Assembly (NCBI GenBank): GCA_016748015.1
Contig: JAAOMT010000349.1
Location: 2,812 to 66,811 of the forward strand
Origin: Geosiphon pyriformis uo1
Lineage: Eukaryota > Fungi > Glomeromycota
Length of the DNA stretch: 64,000 nucleotides
Reading direction: 5' to 3'
How positions within the stretch are numbered: the stretch's first letter is position 1; the number at the start of each line of letters is the position of its first letter. This document shows positions 62,755-64,000 of this stretch, in pieces. Made by a program: the position numbers and the translations under genes. The notes under the pieces were generated by a model. It made no database searches and was not told the origin of the DNA. It saw nothing but the letters and a program-made list of their open reading frames with translations.

Positions 62755-63490
62755 ATTACAGTTGAAAATCATAGTTTTTATTAGTTATTACATATATTAG
62801 CTACTAATATTACATAATTAGTTATTCTATTTTTAGATAATAATCAATAATTTAATTAATAACTTAATTATTAACTTAATTATTAACTTAATTATTAATC
62901 TAATTAATGATTTGATTATTAATTTAATTAATAACTTAGTTGTTAACTACTTTTAATAATTATATAAGCAATAAATCTTTTAACTGTAAAAGAACATAAT
63001 CAAAATAACAATATAAAATTTACTATTAATTATTTTTTTTATATCACTTATTTCTTTTTTTTTATCTTTAAGTATTTAAATATTTTGAAATAAAAGATTA
63101 CTTATTGGCTTTTATATATTTTATTTTATTTTTTTCTTGATTTGTATTGTTAGAATTAATTTAAGAAATAATTGTTTGTCTTTGTGATTTATTGAATAAA
63201 GAAATAATTAAAAACCACAATAATACTTGTTATTAATTTTAAAAATTATTAAGTTAAGACATAAAATAATAGCAGTAATATTATCTTATTAACAATTATA
63301 GACTATTTTTTTACTTTCAAATTTCCAGAAAAGATTCACAATTGTGATTTTTATAAAACTAATTATGTATATTAAATTTTCACTTATTTAATTTACTTTT
63401 TTATTGTAATTTTCTCTTTAATTAATTTCATCATTTTACAATTCTGTTTTTTTACTATCTATTAGTTTGTTATTTCAATCCATAATAATA
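62755..63490 (+). repeat. Solo-LTR-like copy related to the Gypsy ghost LTRs
   Basis: Shares attagctactaatatt..ttagttattctatttt, the (ttaattattaac)n tract, ctgtaaaa and tttataaaactaatt.tgtatattaaatt with the LTRs at 38451 and 44238. Confidence 0.6.
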
Positions 63491-64000
63491 TAATTAAAAT
63501 TTTAAATCTAGTTATCTAAATTTGATCTTTTAAATTATTAATTTTTAAAAAAATAACATATTAAGTCAGTTTATAACTAAATTAATTAATTTAATATATA
63601 TAAATAGTTAATATACATAAAATAATTTTAATATAATATGTAAATTTTATGTAATTTAACTATATATACAATATTTTTATAAATTAAAAAAAGCATTAGT
63701 CTTATATTGAATCAATTTTTATTATAGTTTTATTATAAATAATAGATTTTTTATTTATTTATTTATTTTTTATTATTTTGTATTTTATTTTTTTTATATT
63801 ATTATATATATACTTATTTTATTATAAACAATTAGTTATAATTATGTTATTTAGTATTATTTTATTAAAGAAAAATAAAAAACATTATCAAAAAATTCTA
63901 TATTAAAACATATTAATTAAATATTTAAATAATATTATCTTCTATTTATGTTATTTTTTTATGACTTCTTAATAACTTTTTTTAACTTTATTTTCTTAAT

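Overview
Eukaryotic, intron-containing, very AT-rich fungal DNA. The gene and TE families look like Glomeromycotina/Mucoromycota. The LINE ORFs and the lipase-3 multiplicity recall Geosiphon pyriformis, but that is inference from memory, not a database result. There are two compartments. (1) About 3-38 kb is gene-bearing. It holds three Lipase_3-fold paralogues, all lacking the catalytic Ser (two intact, one pseudogene), and a secreted Asn/Gly-repeat protein. It also holds an AT-hook-like + LOTUS/OST-HTH-like gene, three CsbD-like stress genes (two divergent around a CRE-rich promoter), kinase and REase-fold pseudogenes, and Tc1/mariner relics. A pair of ~2.1-kb inverted repeats containing 28S-rRNA-derived fragments and minisatellites brackets an 18.3-kb segment. 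(2) About 38.2-64 kb is a TE graveyard with a Ty3/Gypsy ghost, an ORF1-only LINE-like element, a near-intact APE-RT-RNaseH LINE and extremely A/T-converted ghost copies related to the latter two. Together these form a graded series of C:G->T:A hypermutation. All gene models were spliced by hand from GT-AG signals and need RNA-seq confirmation.
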